From the IMG/VR virus record IMGVR_UViG_3300009093_000036, positions 32,001 through 96,000 of that record: a DNA stretch of 64,000 nucleotides. One strand, written 5' to 3'. The translations under genes and the position numbers were made by a program. This DNA is from a virus. Positions 61,623 to 64,000 of the stretch are shown piece after piece. Below the pieces are notes generated by a model that was given only the letters and a program-made list of their open reading frames with translations, ran no database searches and was not told where the DNA came from. Within the stretch, counting starts at the first letter, position 1. The number at the start of each line of letters is the position of its first letter.

Positions 61623-61805
61623 CTAGCCTTCGGTGCTCCACGAGCACTTCTGTTGGAGGACCTGGGCGCGCTGGTCACCACCCTCGGGCTCGAAGCCGCC
61701 CTTGTTCCTCCACGCCCAGTAGTCGACGTACGCCTCCTGCGCTTCGTCCTCATCCCCTGCCTCGATTGCAGACTCCATGCGGTCCAGGCATGCCTTCGGA
61801 TCCAT
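61623..61805 (-). CDS. hypothetical protein, 60 aa (90 aa to 61533 if TAG is read through)
   Basis: GGAG SD; TAG stop. Confidence 0.65.
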   Translation of the reverse strand: MDPKACLDRMESAIEAGDEDEAQEAYVDYWAWRNKGGFEPEGGDQRAQVLQQKCSWSTEG

Positions 61806-61809
61806 CTCT

Positions 61810-62025
61810 CTACTCCTGGAGCAGGTATCGCCGCCCCTTGTCGTCTTCCCCGATGATCGCCGTGGGTGGCCAGTCCTTGCTCGTCGCAAGAACTACTTGA
61901 ATGCCAGCGCCTGCATAGAAAGCGAGGTCTTCGGAGAACTCCACTTCGCCATCAGGCAGCTCCTTGGCGAAGCGTCCCCAGATCCCGCCGCCTACAAGGA
62001 GCTTGACCAGCCTCGGCAAGTTCAT
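61810..62025 (-). CDS. hypothetical protein, 71 aa
   Basis: TGATG overlap. Confidence 0.65.
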   Translation of the reverse strand: MNLPRLVKLLVGGGIWGRFAKELPDGEVEFSEDLAFYAGAGIQVVLATSKDWPPTAIIGEDDKGRRYLLQE

Positions 62026-62588
62026 CACGCCTCCGCGATCTTGATGTCGGCCATCGGCTCGAAGCCATTGATGTCGACGGTGATGGTGTCGGGGAAGTGG
62101 CTCATCACGAACTCGATGGTGTCCGCCCGAGCCGCCTGCACCATGTCGTCGGTGATGTTCCTGAAGTTGTGCGGGTTCGTGTAGGGCTTCGGCTCGAACT
62201 TGCCAGCCTTCACGAACTCCTCCTGCCTGAGCTCGCAGCTCCCCTCGAAGAACACCGACAGAGCAGCAACGGGCCATCCATCATTCAGAAGAGCGAGCGC
62301 CATCCCGACGAGCTGCTCTTCCTTCGGCCCCTCATCCTCCTCATCAAAGAAGTCGGGAGTGCTGTAGGTGCCCGCGGTGGCCGTCTTCGCGACCTCGCAG
62401 ACGATGTTGGCGAAAGAACGATCGCTGTCCTCGGACAGCACAGTCGCAAGGACACAGCCCACGGCGCATCGGGGACAAGTCTCGGGGTTGGAGCTGATGG
62501 GCGTCATCCACTCACCCGGCCTCAACCGGAAGAGAGGTTCCTTCGCCAACGCCTCGGCGACTTGCTGCTTCGTGATGATGACCTTCAT
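62025..62588 (-). CDS. hypothetical protein, 187 aa
   Basis: ATGA overlap; CPRCAVGC. Confidence 0.7.
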   Translation of the reverse strand: MKVIITKQQVAEALAKEPLFRLRPGEWMTPISSNPETCPRCAVGCVLATVLSEDSDRSFANIVCEVAKTATAGTYSTPDFFDEEDEGPKEEQLVGMALALLNDGWPVAALSVFFEGSCELRQEEFVKAGKFEPKPYTNPHNFRNITDDMVQAARADTIEFVMSHFPDTITVDINGFEPMADIKIAEA

Positions 62589-63253
62589 GCTGCCTCGACT
62601 TCGTTGCCCCAGCTCGTCCAGCCGGGAAGCTCTCGACGTGCGAACATCTCCAAGTACGGGCCTTTCGACCGCGCCTCGATGAGCTCGTACGTCGCATCTG
62701 GTTTTCGGGAATGGATCCGCTTGTTGTTCGCATCCCTCGGCACTGGTGCGAAGAACACCGAGGGGATGTCGCGCCTGCCACTGTAGACGCTGGGATCGAG
62801 GCCCTTGCCTCGAACACCGAACAGCATCATCTCGTGGGCACCACGTGCGTACTGGCCGATGCCGTAGCGCAGCTCGATGTCAGCTCCGCAGTCGCAGGCC
62901 AGGTTCACCTTGCTCGCACAGTGCGGAGGATGCTCCAGCTCCACTGCGAGGCCGGTCTCGAAGTCCAACTTCTTGGGCTTCCCCTTCACCTTCGTCCACT
63001 GGAAGGTGCGGATGAACTCGAAGCCCAAGTTCTCCATCAACCAGAAGCCCTGCTTCATGAAGTTGTCGGTGACCCACATGAACATGTGGGCGTTGTCCTC
63101 GAACTGGAAGTAGGGGCACTCGCTCACCACCTCCAAGATCTTGGGGGTCGGCAAAAGAGGATAGTGGCGCTGGGCACCACGCACGCTCTTCCCGCCACCT
63201 CGCTCCATCCATGGCGGATCGAGCTGCACGGTTCTGAACTTCTCATTTCTCAC
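62585..63253 (-). CDS. MT-A70-family N6-adenine methyltransferase, 222 aa
   Basis: LDPPW, HY, MFMWVT, HEMMLFG, HSRKP, LEMFAR, GWTSWGNE. Confidence 0.92.
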   Translation of the reverse strand: MRNEKFRTVQLDPPWMERGGGKSVRGAQRHYPLLPTPKILEVVSECPYFQFEDNAHMFMWVTDNFMKQGFWLMENLGFEFIRTFQWTKVKGKPKKLDFETGLAVELEHPPHCASKVNLACDCGADIELRYGIGQYARGAHEMMLFGVRGKGLDPSVYSGRRDIPSVFFAPVPRDANNKRIHSRKPDATYELIEARSKGPYLEMFARRELPGWTSWGNEVEAA

Positions 63254-63410
63254 GTTCGACCCACTTCCGGAAGGTTCGATCGTTGTGGCTCTTCCGGGCC
63301 GCACGATCGATCCGCTCCCTACGCTGTCTGTCTGCTTCGTTCTTGGGAGGGGTCTTGCGCTCCCTCGTCTTAGGAGGATCGAGTTCGTGATCGTTGTGTC
63401 CCATGATCAT
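63243..63410 (-). CDS. small basic protein, 55 aa
   Basis: GAGG SD, ATGA overlap. Confidence 0.55.
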   Translation of the reverse strand: MIMGHNDHELDPPKTRERKTPPKNEADRQRRERIDRAARKSHNDRTFRKWVEREK

Positions 63411-63700
63411 GTTTCCTCTGGAACGCACTTGCAGTCCTCGGGGTGCTTGCCGCACCCGCGGCAGGACACGCGAGCGACGCATGTACCACAGATGTAGTGG
63501 CCATCACTCTCACAGCCGTGAGGCCCACCGTTCGGCTTTCCGTTGATGTAGTACTCGCAGGGGAACTGCGGGTCGCGGATGCCATCGACGTAGTAGCCCT
63601 CGCCGCTGATGGTGGCGAGGCGGAGCTTCTTCTTGCTGAGCTCAGCCTCGCCTTCAGCGATCTCTTTCTTCAGCTTCTCTATTTCGGTGGGGTCAGCCAT
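63407..63700 (-). CDS. Cys-rich protein, 97 aa
   Basis: coiled coil followed by 8 Cys. Confidence 0.65.
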   Translation of the reverse strand: MADPTEIEKLKKEIAEGEAELSKKKLRLATISGEGYYVDGIRDPQFPCEYYINGKPNGGPHGCESDGHYICGTCVARVSCRGCGKHPEDCKCVPEET

Positions 63701-64000
63701 CCCGGCAACCTCTGGTCGTGCTTGCCGAGCTCGGCCACCATCTCTTCGATGTCGTTCAAGCTCAGGCTCAGCGCTCTGAGCCAACTACGAAAGTAGCCCT
63801 CCAAGACATCCTGCTCGCTTCGCGAGATGTGCTGATAGAGGTGGAGCTTGGCGTCTCGGAAGTTCTGGACCTTGTCGACACCCAACATCAGGTTCACCTC
63901 GGGCACCGGGCTCAAGATGGGATGCCGGTCGATGTACATGGCGTCCTTCGTGAGGTACGAGTTCGCCGAGGCCCTGTACTCCATGGCCAGTGCGACCACC
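63679..64000 (-). CDS. 3' part of a hypothetical protein (enters from window edge)
   Basis: open to the window end; TAG stop. Confidence 0.6.
   Translation of the reverse strand, partial: VVALAMEYRASANSYLTKDAMYIDRHPILSPVPEVNLMLGVDKVQNFRDAKLHLYQHISRSEQDVLEGYFRSWLRALSLSLNDIEEMVAELGKHDQRLPGWLTPPK

Noticed and set aside
1-64000. Whole-genome TAG recoding (code 15)
   Set aside because: Standard-code ORFs tile the window, no conserved domain is visibly split by TAG, and TAGs at 40011, 56216 and 61810 behave as true stops followed by SD or promoter signals.
1-64000. CRISPR array, rRNA, IS elements, introns or inteins
   Set aside because: No regularly spaced repeats, transposase, splice or intein motifs were recognised; the HNH gene at 57247 is free-standing.

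Overview
The window reads as 64 kb from inside a large, high-GC tailed-phage (jumbo-like) genome, with no host housekeeping genes, integrase, capsid or terminase visible. The left half holds minus-strand virion genes: a probable baseplate hub, a tube-fold protein, a 1227-aa tape measure, tail fibre/spike proteins and a holin-like protein. These are interleaved with plus-strand accessory islands (NADAR fusion, tRNA, dNMP kinase), a phage sigma factor and a SNF2 helicase. The right half is a dense minus-strand run of small, mostly unknown genes plus a papain-like protease, a metzincin, GroES, a TopoVI-A-like TOPRIM protein, HicB, a HAD phosphatase, an HNH nuclease and an MT-A70 methyltransferase. 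The most striking signals are: (1) a complete PAS histidine kinase plus two response regulators embedded in the tail-fibre/holin operon; (2) a canonical-fold tRNA with a CUA (amber) anticodon near a Pth2-like gene, in a genome where several TAG stops lie in frame with the next gene; (3) a -1 slippery site in a tail-chaperone-like gene; (4) recurring regulatory motifs (CCTATMAG, leaderless TAGnnT-N6-start, a shared 13-bp site in two sigma70-type promoters); (5) a 31-codon antisense ORF matching a Ser/Thr-kinase catalytic loop. A Myxococcota host is an inference. All family assignments come from motif recognition by eye, with no database searches, and many start codons were re-chosen from SD or overlap context.
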